A stretch of DNA of 63,911 bases, counting the filler, from Octopus bimaculoides (lineage: Eukaryota): the NCBI RefSeq assembly GCF_001194135.2. It is 8 parts of 7 records of this genome, joined end to end, with 100 filler letters (N's around TTAATTAATTAA, not from the genome) between each part and the next. Parts side by side here need not be neighbours in the genome. Positions count along the whole stretch, not along the records: positions 62,886 to 63,911 come from NC_068981.1; 7 more parts are not named here. One strand, 5' to 3'. Position 1 is the stretch's first letter, and the number at the start of each line of letters is the position of its first letter. Position numbers and translations under genes: made by a program. Positions 63,128 to 63,911 of the stretch are shown here, in pieces. The notes beneath the pieces were generated by a model. It was not told the origin of the DNA. It made no database searches and was given only the letters and a program-made list of their open reading frames with translations.

Positions 63128-63646
63128 ACTCCTATACACATGCATGCAAGCATAAAAATACGCACGCATTTACTATATATTATCGTAAAGGTTTGTTGAA
63201 GCAATTTTCGTCAACCATCTTTTTTGAAGAGAGAGTTATTTTTATATTTTCACAACTTTTTCAACTGAAACAAAAAAAAACGGCAAAAGTGTTTTATTGT
63301 AAAATTAAACGTACGAATTTGGCGTAAAAAACATGTCAGCCACCGAAGGAACTTAAGAAAGTGTTAGAAGAATCGTGAATGAAACTAGAAAAATGCTACG
63401 AAGGAAATAGAGCCGTGTTTTCGTGTGGAGCTCTTCTTCCGGTTTGAGATGACATTGCTAACTTTCAATTAGACAGTATTTCCTGTTTCAGGAGATGCAG
63501 TGAAATCGCTACAGTATATGAACTAAGCATGTATGTGAAATAATGTTCCTCGGGCCAACTGCAAGGTGCCCCGCAGAGCCCTATTAGCAAACGAAATTCT
63601 ATCAGATGCCTCAAAGCTTTGACATATTTTCTCATAGCCACCAGTC

Positions 63647-63697
<51 letters not shown>

Positions 63698-63841
63698 TAC
63701 ATATATGGGTGTGTGTCTCTATGTGAGTATTCGCGTGTTTGTATGCGTATTCTAAATGTGCATGCGTACATGCACGCATATATATAAATACATATATATG
63801 TATAGCTATATATACACACATATATATATACATATATATAC

Positions 63842-63891
<50 letters not shown>

Positions 63892-63911
63892 AGGGAGAGA
63901 GAGAAGGAGGG

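Overview
Repeat-dense, gap-ridden animal genomic DNA. The SINE families, microsatellite load and gap pattern point to an Octopus genome; this is an inference. The window is not one contiguous locus. Seven identical 100-bp spacers (44 N + TTAATTAATTAA + 44 N) split it into eight independently assembled pieces. Nearly all ORFs in the supplied track are microsatellite or N-gap artefacts, or decayed transposon fragments. The only host protein gene is the 5' part of a Polycomb Scm/SCMH1-like MBT gene on the + strand: four splice-consistent MBT exons at 41619-47331, plus a candidate start exon at 36290-36361. Other notable content: (1) a same-strand cluster of four divergent U2 snRNA copies and one truncated copy (23.1-27.1 kb) with homologous upstream flanks; (2) a tRNA-headed SINE-like family carrying a minimal Penelope-type hammerhead ribozyme; (3) R4/Dong-clade LINE 3' ends that abut (CATA)n or (TAA)n microsatellites; (4) several microhomology-bounded templated insertions and inversions; (5) many SINEs plus Penelope, RTE, CR1-like, Tx1, Tc1/mariner and pogo-like remnants. 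All alignments and folds were done by eye, without database searches.
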